DNA from: Thermoplasmata archaeon
GTDB taxonomy: Archaea; Thermoplasmatota; Thermoplasmata; Lutacidiplasmatales; UBA184
Assembly (NCBI GenBank): GCA_035499455.1
Contig: DATJYS010000007.1
Span: forward strand, 130,787-194,786
Direction: 5' to 3'
Length of the DNA stretch: 64,000 nucleotides
Shown here: in pieces, positions 18,925 to 28,200 of the stretch
Position numbering within the stretch: the stretch's first letter is position 1
Layout: every line of letters starts with the position of its first letter
Position numbers and translations under genes: made by a program
Notes under the pieces: generated by a model
The model's input: the letters and a program-made list of their open reading frames with translations, nothing else
What the model was told of the DNA's origin: nothing
Databases searched by the model: none

Positions 18925-19377
18925 ATGGTCCGACGCATGACGCGCACCTTGCGGCTGCCGATCTTCATTCACGCTTCGCCGAAGCGCGTCTTCAAGTGGA
19001 TCTCGGACGACCGACGGTTGACCCGTTGGCTCTCGGATGCCGCGGCGCTTTCGGCCCGGAAGGGCGGGCGGTATCGGCTCGGGTGGGACGGCGGTCCCAC
19101 CCACACCGGCCGCGTGCTCGCCTTCGCCCGGGGCAAGCAGTTGACGCTGAGCTGGCAATGGCCGGGGAAGGAACACCTGGGTCCGACCAAGCTGAAACTC
19201 GCCGTCGAGCCCGCGGACGGCGGGACGGTGCTGCGGTTCCTCCACTCGGGGTTCGGGACCACCGGGGAGTGGGTCGAGCTCTACGAAGGGGCGATCCGGG
19301 GATGGACGTACTTCATGATGAATCTCAAGTCGGTGCTCGAGAGCGACCGGGACCTGCGCTCGCCGCTCGACTGGTAG
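18925..19377 (+). CDS. SRPBCC-superfamily protein, AHSA1 (Aha1-like) type
   Basis: IHASPKRVFKWISDDRRLTRWLSD...GTVLRFLHSGF matches the AHSA1/SRPBCC pattern. Confidence 0.6.
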   Translation: MVRRMTRTLRLPIFIHASPKRVFKWISDDRRLTRWLSDAAALSARKGGRYRLGWDGGPTHTGRVLAFARGKQLTLSWQWPGKEHLGPTKLKLAVEPADGGTVLRFLHSGFGTTGEWVELYEGAIRGWTYFMMNLKSVLESDRDLRSPLDW

Positions 19378-19590
19378 CGCGGGATCCCTTCGATCGGGCG
19401 TCCGGACCGGGCCGCGCCCCCTTCCGGGCGGCAGGTCCGAAACTCCGCCGACGTCGTCGCCCCTCGTCCCCGTACGTCGTCCCACCTCCGGTCGAACGGG
19501 AACGCTCAGGGCGGTGATCGATTCATTCGTCGGGGTGTCAGAAACGGCGGGAGGAACGGGTTGCTACGGCGCCCGGTACTGAGCGTCCGA

Positions 19591-20154
19591 CTAACCCTGT
19601 CCGCGCTTCGCCCACACCTGTACCCGCCAGGCCAGGGAGAGGAACGTTCCGAGGACGAACAGGAATCCGAGGCCGAGGAGGAGGTAGTTGAACGGGAACG
19701 CCCCGGTGAGGGCATGCAGGAGAGATCGGACGCTCGCCAACGCGCCGAACAGCACGACCGCCTGCTCGAGGGCGAGCGGGGCGAGCAGTCCCACGACGAG
19801 TCCGACGAGCAGCCGACCCCCGGTAAAGAGCACCTTACCCTGGGCGTCGCGGGTCACCGGTATCCGCCGGCCCACACCGGAGCCGATCGCCGCTCCGACC
19901 CCGGCGGCGACGAGGAACGAGCCAAACTCGGGGATGAGGGCGAGGCCGGGCTGCGAGCGCAGGGCTTCGAAGAGGGCGAGGAGCACGGCGCCGAGCGTGT
20001 ACAGATGGAACAGGGGACTGACCCAGATCACCCCCGAGACCGGTCGCGGTCGGAGCAGCCGGAACGCGAGCCCGATCAGCACGAAGACCAGAATGTCCCC
20101 GACGAGGATCAGCGGATAGACACCGACCGGGAGATTGCTCGGAACGGCGATCAT
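19591..20154 (-). CDS. multi-pass membrane protein, hypothetical
   Basis: Start MIAVPSNLPVGVYPLILVGDILVFVL... (ATG at 20154). 5-6 TM helices. Confidence 0.5.
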   Translation of the reverse strand: MIAVPSNLPVGVYPLILVGDILVFVLIGLAFRLLRPRPVSGVIWVSPLFHLYTLGAVLLALFEALRSQPGLALIPEFGSFLVAAGVGAAIGSGVGRRIPVTRDAQGKVLFTGGRLLVGLVVGLLAPLALEQAVVLFGALASVRSLLHALTGAFPFNYLLLGLGFLFVLGTFLSLAWRVQVWAKRGQG

Positions 20155-20345
20155 CGTCCTTCCTTCTCCGGAGCAGGAACCCAAGCCTCTTCTAGTTCGC
20201 GGAGCCTATCGAGCGGCGTCGCGGAGTCGCTTCGCCGTACCGGAGCGTCGTCAGTCGTTGATAGGCTTCCGCACCCCAGGGCCGGTACCCGAGGGCCGAA
20301 TCCGCTTCCCCGGGGTTGCGGGACCGACCGTCGCCCCGAGCCCGC

Positions 20346-21443
20346 TCAGAGAACGCGGCCCGCCCGCGCGATCGGCTCGCCGTCCACCGAGATCGTCCCG
20401 CCCCCCACCATCGCGAACTGGGTGAACGGGATCGTGGCCTTCCCACCGGCCACGCCGTTCCCCCCGATGCCGACGAGGATCGCTCCCTCTTCGCAATCCT
20501 CGCACGGGGGGAGCTCCCGCGCTTTGGGGTTGAGGCCGATCGACAGGTATCCGATCTTGTCCCGTCCCTTCGGTGCCGCCCGGAACGCCTTCTCGAACTG
20601 CGCCCCACCGACGCCCGTCGAGCGAGACGTGAGGCGACCGCCCTCGAAGGTCCAGCGGCTGTCCGCGAATCTCACGTAGCGGCCCATGTCGTAGACCGGA
20701 CGGTTGCTCACGAGGGTGCCGGACGCGTCGGACCTATCGAGCGGGGCGAAGATCTGGCCCGAGGGGTTCCCCTCGAGCATCCCCCGGGGTCGCAGCCCGG
20801 AGGCTCCTGGGGGGATACCGGAGGCGAGGAGGGGGCGGGTCCCTCGCAACGAGATACGCAGGTCCGTTCCGTTGGCGTGCCGGATCCGCAGCTCCGAACC
20901 GCGGGAGAGCCGGCGAGCGATGCGGTTCCCCTTCAAGCCCATCTTCCGTGCGTCCACCGCCCCGGCCTCGACGAGCCGCGCGCGCCACGCCGGTCCGCGC
21001 ACCCCGAGCCGTCGCGCCGAATCGTCGCTCGCGAGGCCGAGGGACATCCGGTAGCCTCGCAGCTTGCCTTTCCGAGCTGCGGCGTACCACTCGTCGTTGA
21101 AGGCGATGAACTTCGAGACAAAGACCCCGCGGTCGATCGCGCGAACCATCCGCGCGGGACCCCAGAAGTAGAGGTAAGCCGAGGCGTTCTCGACGACCCC
21201 TCTCTCGGCGGCCGAGAGATGCGCGAACGGCCCCGACTGTTGGGCGTCGACCGCGTTCCACCACGCCTCTTCGTCTTCGTACAGCACCGAGGCTTGGGCC
21301 CCGAGGCGTCGGGCCTCTTCGACGAACGCCCGAGTGTAGTCGAGCGTGTGGTTCCACGACTCAATGACCACCGAGTCTCCCTTTCGTATCCGAAGGTTTC
21401 GGTCGAGAATCGCTCGGGCGAGCGACGCGATCGGGGAGGGCAT
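20346..21443 (-). CDS. M29-family aminopeptidase (AmpS/aminopeptidase T-like)
   Basis: LARAILDRNLRIRKGDSVVIESW...LYEDEEAWWNA...MVGGGTISVDGEPI matches the M29 layout. Start taken at MPSPIASLARAIL. The ORF extends to 21527. Confidence 0.6.
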   Translation of the reverse strand: MPSPIASLARAILDRNLRIRKGDSVVIESWNHTLDYTRAFVEEARRLGAQASVLYEDEEAWWNAVDAQQSGPFAHLSAAERGVVENASAYLYFWGPARMVRAIDRGVFVSKFIAFNDEWYAAARKGKLRGYRMSLGLASDDSARRLGVRGPAWRARLVEAGAVDARKMGLKGNRIARRLSRGSELRIRHANGTDLRISLRGTRPLLASGIPPGASGLRPRGMLEGNPSGQIFAPLDRSDASGTLVSNRPVYDMGRYVRFADSRWTFEGGRLTSRSTGVGGAQFEKAFRAAPKGRDKIGYLSIGLNPKARELPPCEDCEEGAILVGIGGNGVAGGKATIPFTQFAMVGGGTISVDGEPIARAGRVL

Positions 21444-22548
21444 CGCCCTCCGAAGTACCCCGGGTATATACGGGGTGGTCCGAGGAACCGGCGCGGGTAG
21501 CTCCCCGGGCCTGCACGAGCGGTCCAAGCGTTCGATCGATCTGCCCCAGCCCCGCCCTCATCCGGTCGAGATCGAGCCCGATGTAGTGGACCGACATGTC
21601 CAGGTTCGCGTGGCCGAAGAGGTTCTTCAGCTGGATCAGGTCCATCCCCGAGGCATGGGCCACCCGGCCGAACGTGCGCCGGAGATCGTGATGCGAGACC
21701 CGGACCCCTCGTCGATCGAACCCGGCCGCCCGGGCGGCCTTCGCCAGCTGCTGGTCGGCCCACGACGCCGAGAAGGGGAGGACCCGACTATCGGCCGGCA
21801 CGCCCGATAGCCGACCTACGAGCTCCCGGCGCGCGATGCCGCTCAGCGGGATCTGCCGCCACTTTCCTCCGAGCCTCCCCTTCCCTCGCACGTTGAGCCA
21901 CCCTTCGTCGAGATTCACGTCGCCCGCCCGGAGTCGCAGGACCTCCACCCGGCGAAGACCATTGAATCCCTCCAGAGCGACGATGAGCCGCGCGGGACCG
22001 GAGGCACGTCGGAGCAGGGTCGCCAACTCCTCTGGCGCGATCCACCGGCGACGGGACGGGCCGCCGGCCGGGAGGCGCCAGACCTCGGGGGAGTCGGCGA
22101 CCGGGTTTCCGCTCCATCGAAGGAACTGTCGGAGGGCGGCGAAGTAGAACTGCGTCGTCGCCCGCGCCCAGTTCTTCTGGGTTCTCAGCGCGCCGACATG
22201 GCTCTCCGTCACGTCCGCCGCGCAGGTGACGGGGGGCGTCCCCCCCAGCTGGCGAAGCAAGGGCGGGATCCGGGCCAGGGTGTAGCGGATGCCCCGCTGC
22301 CAGCGCTCGCCGATCGACCTCCGCCGTGTCCACACCTCGAGAAAGGAGGTGACCTCGTCCCTCCAGTCCGTCCCCGGAGGCGGGAGCGCGTCATCGCGAC
22401 GGGCGCCGCGCGGAGCACTCCCCGGCCGCGCGGCCGGGGATCTCCGCACCGGCGCATACTCCCCTAGGGTCCGCTGAACGCCGCGGGGTTGCGCGGCGAT
22501 ATCGCACGATCGTCGATCTCCCACCGCCGAGGAAGGCGGAGTTCGCAC
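21361..22548 (-). CDS. tyrosine site-specific recombinase (XerA/XerC/D-like integrase)
   Basis: C-terminal catalytic region HHDLRRTFGRVAHASGMDLIQLKNLFGHANLDMSVHYI (H-x-x-R ... H ... Y). The N-terminal core-binding region is TSFLEVWTRRRSIGERWQRGIRYTLARI. The first ~60 aa of the ORF are low-complexity, so the true start is probably internal. The 3' tail overlaps the aminopeptidase start. Confidence 0.7.
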   Translation of the reverse strand: MRTPPSSAVGDRRSCDIAAQPRGVQRTLGEYAPVRRSPAARPGSAPRGARRDDALPPPGTDWRDEVTSFLEVWTRRRSIGERWQRGIRYTLARIPPLLRQLGGTPPVTCAADVTESHVGALRTQKNWARATTQFYFAALRQFLRWSGNPVADSPEVWRLPAGGPSRRRWIAPEELATLLRRASGPARLIVALEGFNGLRRVEVLRLRAGDVNLDEGWLNVRGKGRLGGKWRQIPLSGIARRELVGRLSGVPADSRVLPFSASWADQQLAKAARAAGFDRRGVRVSHHDLRRTFGRVAHASGMDLIQLKNLFGHANLDMSVHYIGLDLDRMRAGLGQIDRTLGPLVQARGATRAGSSDHPVYTRGTSEGDALPDRVARPSDSRPKPSDTKGRLGGH

Positions 22549-22737
22549 CGTGAGTCGTTCCGCCGCTCAGGAAGGTGAAATCCGCCTCCGCGGCCGGCCG
22601 CCGATCGGAGCCCGGGCGGCCTCCGACTCAACAGGGGACGGTCGCAGCGTCACCGCGGGGCGGTAGAACATCGCGGCGCCGAGTGTTTCACTCCCTCCCA
22701 AGAACCCGTATACCCTCCGGGCCATGCTGTAGACCGC

Positions 22738-23568
22738 ATGGCGAGCCACGAGGGACCCGGGTTTCTGCCGGTATCGGACGGTAAGCTCTACTACGAAGCG
22801 TCGGGGAAGGGGACGGCCCTCGTGTTCATCCACGCCGCGATCGCCGACCATCGGATGTGGAACCGAGAGTTCGCCTCGTATGGGAGGGATCACACGGTGG
22901 TCCGGTACGACGTCCGCGGTCTCGGAAAGTCTCCTCCCGCCACCGTGGAGTACTCGGACGTCGACGATCTACAGGCTCTTCTGGCGCACCTCGGAGTCCC
23001 ACGGGCGGTCCTCATCGGATGCTCGAACGGGGGGCGCATCGCGCTCGATTTCGCGGTGGAGCACCCGGACAAGGTATCCGGGCTGCTCCTCGTCTCCCCG
23101 GGAGTCTCGGGATTCACCACCGAACACGCCCCCGACGGGATACCGGTCTTTGAGCAGGACAACGTCCGATCGTCCAAGATCCCCGAGGCGTGGAAGGCCG
23201 GCCGCCATGAGGAGGCGCTCACCGCGCTTCAGCAGTACTGGACCTCGGCTCAAGTAGGGACGAATCTGGAGTTGGTGCGCACGATGATGCGCGAGAACGC
23301 GGGTGAGATCTTCTCGGATGCGAGCGCGAGCCACAACCGGGCCATCACGCCGCCCGCGGCCCAGCGCCTCGGGTCGATCTCCGTCCCCACGAAGGTGCTG
23401 CTCGGAGATCGGGACGAACCCTCGATGACTTTCATCGTTCGCACCGTGGTTCAGGGGATCCCGGGGGCCAGCCTGGTTCCTGTGCCGGGGGCGGACCACC
23501 TCGTCAATCTCTCGCGGCCGGCCGACTTCGACCGGGCGCTCGGGAAGCTGCTCACCGAAGTGAAGTGA
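22738..23568 (+). CDS. alpha/beta hydrolase fold protein
   Basis: GCSNGG nucleophile elbow (G-x-S-x-G), HAAIADHRMW and a C-terminal GADHL. Confidence 0.7.
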   Translation: MASHEGPGFLPVSDGKLYYEASGKGTALVFIHAAIADHRMWNREFASYGRDHTVVRYDVRGLGKSPPATVEYSDVDDLQALLAHLGVPRAVLIGCSNGGRIALDFAVEHPDKVSGLLLVSPGVSGFTTEHAPDGIPVFEQDNVRSSKIPEAWKAGRHEEALTALQQYWTSAQVGTNLELVRTMMRENAGEIFSDASASHNRAITPPAAQRLGSISVPTKVLLGDRDEPSMTFIVRTVVQGIPGASLVPVPGADHLVNLSRPADFDRALGKLLTEVK

Positions 23569-23577
23569 CCGACGGGC

Positions 23578-24039
23578 CTACTCGAGCAGGTCGATCTCGA
23601 AGGCATCGTAGAGCGCCTTCAGCCCCGTGGGGGCCGGGCGGTTCGGGCCGTGGAGCACGTCGAGCAGACCGGCGGTCTTCGGTCCCATGATCAACAGGTA
23701 TCGCGCCGGCTTCGGTCCCGGATTCCAGAAGGTATGCGCCGTCCCCCGGGGAAGGAGCACTCCCGTGCCCGCCGGAGCGTCGATCTCCTGACGGTCGTAC
23801 TGGAACCGAAGCGCTCCCTCGAGAACGTACCAGGCTTCGTCCTCGAGTCGGTGGCGATGCAGCGGCACGCCCCGGCGCGCCGTGCCTCCCCGCCCGGGAG
23901 GAGTGAGATTCTCTGAGATCACGAAGTCGCTGCTCGGGGTTCCGATCGATCGGTTGACCATCGGGGGGCGCACCACGTCCGGGTCCGGCATGGCGGGTCG
24001 AAAGCGGCGCGGCTCAAGTACACTACCCTTCCCCGACAA
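23578..24039 (-). CDS. cupin-domain protein
   Basis: PLHRHRLEDEAWYVLEGALRFQY...GTAHTF is a cupin two-motif pattern. Confidence 0.6.
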   Translation of the reverse strand: MSGKGSVLEPRRFRPAMPDPDVVRPPMVNRSIGTPSSDFVISENLTPPGRGGTARRGVPLHRHRLEDEAWYVLEGALRFQYDRQEIDAPAGTGVLLPRGTAHTFWNPGPKPARYLLIMGPKTAGLLDVLHGPNRPAPTGLKALYDAFEIDLLE

Positions 24040-24412
24040 CGGCGCGGTCTCACGTCACAGGGGTGACACAGACGTCTCCGAGACTTGGATCCGGCCACCT
24101 CTTCTGGGATGAGGCCGACGACCCGCGTTCCGGGGCGATCCATTGCGAGGAGACCGCGCTCGGGAGCCCTGCCTTCGATCTCACGGGCCTGGGGTGGCTA
24201 GACTGGATCGTATCCGTGCACGGGAACCAACGGCGAGGCGCTCGCCTCAACCGGACCGTCGACTCCCGTTTCGCCTTCTATCGAACGGTCGCGCCGATGC
24301 ACGGAGTGGTGCACGCGGCCGAGACGGGCCGCCCGCGCTGGTTGCGCCGATTCGATCCGCTGCCGACCCGGGGGTTCTTGGAACAACCGTGGGAGAGAAT
24401 TCGACGACGGCC

Positions 24413-25222
24413 ATGGTGGATCCCTCCGGAGCGCCGGGCCCGGCCTACTGTGTCGGACACCGCGGCCTTCTTATCCGAGGGACGCATTTGTCACCGACCG
24501 TGAGCAGCCCGGCGGGGAATGGCGAGCTGTTCCCGGGCGGGTTCCGCAAGCCTACCTCGATCCTGATCTCGGGAGGCAGCCGCTCGCTGCTCAAGTGGTT
24601 CGCCTACGCGGCGCTCGCCCCGTACTCCGCGAGGGTCTACTGGACGGATGTCCGGTTTCCCGGCGAGATCCTGGACCCGCTCGATCCGATGGCCGCGGGT
24701 GCGGTCGACAAGGATTCGCTCTACGTCCTGACCCCCCGCGAGCTCGAGCCGGACGACCAGAGCGCCGACCGAGCCCAGTCGGCCGCCGCCGCGCTCATCC
24801 GGTCCGACGAAGCTCCGGGGTCGCTGCAGGGGCTCGTGGAGTTCCTTCGCATGCCGTCGCATGCGCAGAAGCTGATCTCGACCACGACCGGCGATCGCCT
24901 CCCATCGATCCTCGTCACGGCCAATTCGCAGCGGCTCGCGACCGTCTACTCGCTCGAACGGATCGCCCCGCTGATGCGGGCCCTGCTCGACGCGGGGACG
25001 TGCCAGGTCGCCCTCTGGGCCGAGGCCCCGACGACCGCGATCTCGGTCTTCGAGGTCATCCTGCACCTCGAGGGTCTCGGTCCCCGGGACTGGCACGAGG
25101 CGACCATCTCGTGCGAGAAGGGGATCCGAACGGGGCCGCTGGCGGTCGGGAGAACCACGCGGCTAGGAGAGATCCCGTCCGTCGCCCGGATCCTCGACCG
25201 ATCGATCCCCGCGCTCGCCTGA
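24413..25222 (+). CDS. hypothetical protein
   Basis: The internal start (MVDPSGAPG) of ORF 24143..25222 is followed by a non-biased 270-aa sequence. The antisense ORFs are R/G/D-rich. No family assigned. Confidence 0.35.
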   Translation: MVDPSGAPGPAYCVGHRGLLIRGTHLSPTVSSPAGNGELFPGGFRKPTSILISGGSRSLLKWFAYAALAPYSARVYWTDVRFPGEILDPLDPMAAGAVDKDSLYVLTPRELEPDDQSADRAQSAAAALIRSDEAPGSLQGLVEFLRMPSHAQKLISTTTGDRLPSILVTANSQRLATVYSLERIAPLMRALLDAGTCQVALWAEAPTTAISVFEVILHLEGLGPRDWHEATISCEKGIRTGPLAVGRTTRLGEIPSVARILDRSIPALA

Positions 25223-25576
25223 AGGCGGCTCAGAACGCGCCGATATCGGCCGGAACGGTCGCGCCGGCCCGACAACTCCTCCTAATGTAACACCGCGGCC
25301 TACCGTGCTCAGTCATGCCGAAGAAGAAGACGAAGAGCAAGAAGAAGAGGTAACGGCCCCGGCCGGCCGTGTTCCTTCGCCCAGGGGATTGCTTGCGTTA
25401 ACCTCTCACCCTGCTCGAATGAGCAGGGGATGTTTTCGGATCCCCGTTTGGAATCCACGGAGGGCGCTCCCGGGAGGATTGCGATTTCAACCGAATCGAA
25501 ACGGCGGCCTGCGGGCCGTTTCGCGGTGTCGCCGACTTTCCCATAGACCGACGACGCGTCGGGGGATCGATGGACC

Positions 25577-26026
25577 ATGGACACGTACGTGGAACGAGAG
25601 GAGATCGAGGTGCTGCGGGTGCGAGCCGATATGAAGGGCGCCGGTCCGGCGGAGGCCTTTCGCCTCCTCGAGTCGAAGCTCGCCAGCCTGCGCGGGCGCC
25701 ACTTCTACGGTACGATCCGTATCCTTCCCGAGGGGGAAGAGTACTTCGCCTGCGTCCAGCGTCAGGAGGGGGAGGAGCCTGAGAGGATGGATCTCGAGCT
25801 CGGGCGCATCCCCGGCGGGCTGTACGTCCGTCGAAAGATCACCGACTGGGAGAGCATCATCGCGGCCGGAAGGCTCCCCTCGATCGGTCGGGAGATGGCC
25901 GAGACCTACACCGTCGACCCGTCTCGACCCGAGATCGAGTACTATCGGAGCAGGAAGGAGCTACATCTGCTCGTTCCGGTCCTGGTTCGTGCTCCTCTCG
26001 AGGCCGGAACGTCGTCGCGACCGTAG
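25577..26026 (+). CDS. GyrI-like small-molecule-binding domain protein
   Basis: 149 aa with an effector-binding-domain-like pattern (FYGTIRILPEGEEYFACVQ..., GGLYVRRKI). Lies 15 nt upstream of the YcaQ-like gene on the same strand. Confidence 0.45.
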   Translation: MDTYVEREEIEVLRVRADMKGAGPAEAFRLLESKLASLRGRHFYGTIRILPEGEEYFACVQRQEGEEPERMDLELGRIPGGLYVRRKITDWESIIAAGRLPSIGREMAETYTVDPSRPEIEYYRSRKELHLLVPVLVRAPLEAGTSSRP

Positions 26027-26041
26027 CGACCGAAAGCGGAG

Positions 26042-27307
26042 GTGACGACCGGCCCGATGAACCGCGCTCCGATTCGCGCGTCGCTCCGGTCGGTCCGCCG
26101 ACTGGCGGTCGCCAACCAGCATCTCGGGCCGCGGCGCCGGCGCCGGTCCCGATCGGAGGAGATCCTTTCCGTGGTCCGCGAACTGGGTTTCGTGCAGTGG
26201 GATCCTGTCAGCATCGTCGCGCCGTCCCACCTGATCTCCCTCTGGAATCGCGTCGACGCGTTTCGAGCGTCGGACCTGGAGCGCCTGCTCTGGGTCGACA
26301 AGAAGCTGTTCGAGCACTGGACGCCGCTGGCGTCGATCGTCCTCACCGAGGACTACCCGCTCTACCACTCGCTCATGCGCCGGTACCCTGGGTCCCTGTC
26401 GAAGTCGTGGGGGAGCCATCGGATCCGCGCGCAGAGGTTTCTCGATGACCACCGGGACCTGCGCGCCCGGATCCTCCGGCGCCTTCGCGAGGGACCGTGT
26501 ACGCTGGGCGATTTCGAAGACCACGCGCGGACGCGTCGGAACGACGGGGAGTGGACGCCCACGAGCACGGTCGCGCACATGCTGTTCCACCTGCTCATGA
26601 GCGGGGACGTGATGGTCGTCGGCCATCAAGGGAACCAGAATCTCTGGGGGCTGGCCGAGCGGTTCCTACCGAGCTGGGTCGACCAGACCGCCCTCTCCGA
26701 GGAGGCGGCCGAACAGGAAGCGGCCGTGCGAGCGATCCATGCGCTCGGGACCGCGACTCCCCGGGAGATCACCCTGTATTTCGTCCGAGGACGGTACGCG
26801 AATCTGAAGGCGACCCTTCGCCGCCTCGAAGAGGGGTCGCGCATCCGCCGGGTGGAGGTCGAAGGGCTCACCGGACGGGAGGAGCGGTACCTTCTCGCCG
26901 AGGACGAACCCGTTCTCGACTCCGTCTCGTCGAGCGCGTGGGAGCCCCGACTCTCGCTCCTCCCCCCGTTCGACAACATGCTCGGCCACATCGAGCGGAC
27001 GAAGCGCCTGTTCGATTTCGACTACGTCCGGGAGCAGTTCTTGCCGAAGGAGAAGCGGCGGTACGGGACGTACGTGTTGCCGATACTCTGGGGGGAACGG
27101 TTCATTGGCCGGATCGATCCTCGGCTCGACAAGGCCCGCGGCGAGCTCGCAATCCAGGCCGTCCACGCCGAACCGGGCGCGCCCCGGGACCGAGAGGTCG
27201 TCGCCGAGATCGGCGCGACGATCGAGCGATTCGCGTCGTTCCTCGGGGCGAGCCGAGTGAGCTACTCGGGCCGGGTCCCCGCGATCTGGAAGGGAACGCT
27301 TCGGTAG
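26042..27307 (+). CDS. YcaQ/AlkZ-family (HTH_42, DUF1006) winged-helix DNA glycosylase-like protein
   Basis: ANQHLGPRRRRRSRSEEILSVVRELGFVQWDPVSIVAPSHLISLWNRV is the characteristic N-terminus of the YcaQ/HTH_42 family. ~420 aa. Confidence 0.6.
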   Translation: MTTGPMNRAPIRASLRSVRRLAVANQHLGPRRRRRSRSEEILSVVRELGFVQWDPVSIVAPSHLISLWNRVDAFRASDLERLLWVDKKLFEHWTPLASIVLTEDYPLYHSLMRRYPGSLSKSWGSHRIRAQRFLDDHRDLRARILRRLREGPCTLGDFEDHARTRRNDGEWTPTSTVAHMLFHLLMSGDVMVVGHQGNQNLWGLAERFLPSWVDQTALSEEAAEQEAAVRAIHALGTATPREITLYFVRGRYANLKATLRRLEEGSRIRRVEVEGLTGREERYLLAEDEPVLDSVSSSAWEPRLSLLPPFDNMLGHIERTKRLFDFDYVREQFLPKEKRRYGTYVLPILWGERFIGRIDPRLDKARGELAIQAVHAEPGAPRDREVVAEIGATIERFASFLGASRVSYSGRVPAIWKGTLR

Positions 27308-27364
27308 GGGCCGCGACCGGTCCCTACGGGCCATCCCGGGTCGCCGGCACCGTGCGAGCCGGGT

Positions 27365-27979
27365 TCACCGGGCTCCCCGCCAGACCGCCGTAAGGGCCCC
27401 CTCCTTCGGGAGCTCCTTCGGGAGAAGTCCGAAGAGGATCATGTCCATCGTCCGCCTCCCGACGGTGACCGCGGCCCGTTCCCGCCCTTCCTCGACGAAC
27501 CCCAATCGCCGGAGCACCCGCAGGGACGCAGCGTTCCGGTCGAGCGCTTGGGATCCGATCCGACGCAGGGCCAGGCGGGTGAACGCCACGCGGCAAAGGA
27601 AGTACGACGCCTCGGTGGCGTACCCCCGGTTCCAGTGACCCGGGTCGATCCAGTACGAGAGGCTTTCGACCTTCCGGTAGGGCCAGACCACGCCCCTCAA
27701 ACCGACCCGTCCGATGCATCGGCCGTCCCGCCGGGTCACTACCGAGAGCGAGAGGTGCTCTCCCGTCCGGTACTCGGCCCGGGTCCGGCGCACCATCGCG
27801 CCGGGGTCCCGCATCTCCTCGCGCGAGTGGAGGGGAGCGCCGACCGCCATCGCGGTTCGGGGGTCGCGGAAACTCCTCCTAAGGTCCGGGATGTCGGCGC
27901 GCGTCGGCAGTCGAAGGATCAACCGAGGGGTCTCGATCGGTAGCCGAGCCGCCCGAAACCTCGTCTCAACGCCGGGCAC
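27365..27979 (-). CDS. GNAT family N-acetyltransferase (RimJ/RimL-like)
   Basis: PRLILRLPTRADIPDL...WNRGYATEASYFLCRVAF..LHRI pattern. Confidence 0.65.
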   Translation of the reverse strand: MPGVETRFRAARLPIETPRLILRLPTRADIPDLRRSFRDPRTAMAVGAPLHSREEMRDPGAMVRRTRAEYRTGEHLSLSVVTRRDGRCIGRVGLRGVVWPYRKVESLSYWIDPGHWNRGYATEASYFLCRVAFTRLALRRIGSQALDRNAASLRVLRRLGFVEEGRERAAVTVGRRTMDMILFGLLPKELPKEGALTAVWRGAR

Positions 27980-28200
27980 CGGGTCCCCCCCAGGACGCGG
28001 AACGGGGCGCCGAACATGACGCCTCGCCTTGCCCCGTCGGGCGGGACCCTCCCGCAGCGGACGCTCTCGTCTCGAGTCTCGGTGAGCGTCGAATCCTGGT
28101 CCGCGCGCATGGCCCGGGCGGCGAGCGCGCGGTACGCCCGAGGCGAGCCCCGAGCCTTTCGTTCGTGGCGTGGCGATCGTGGGGACGACGATCCCTCGGA

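Noticed and set aside
21361-22548. Integrase as marker of an integrated virus or plasmid
   Set aside because: No capsid, replication or plasmid genes, no flanking att repeats and no tRNA were identifiable within the window. A housekeeping XerA-like role is at least as likely. Retained as a finding with moderate interest.
25315-25353. Micro-ORF MPKKKTKSKKKR as ribosomal protein eL41
   Set aside because: eL41 is ~25-38 aa. This ORF is bounded by in-frame stops at 12 codons. Kept only as a finding (leader peptide or sRNA candidate).
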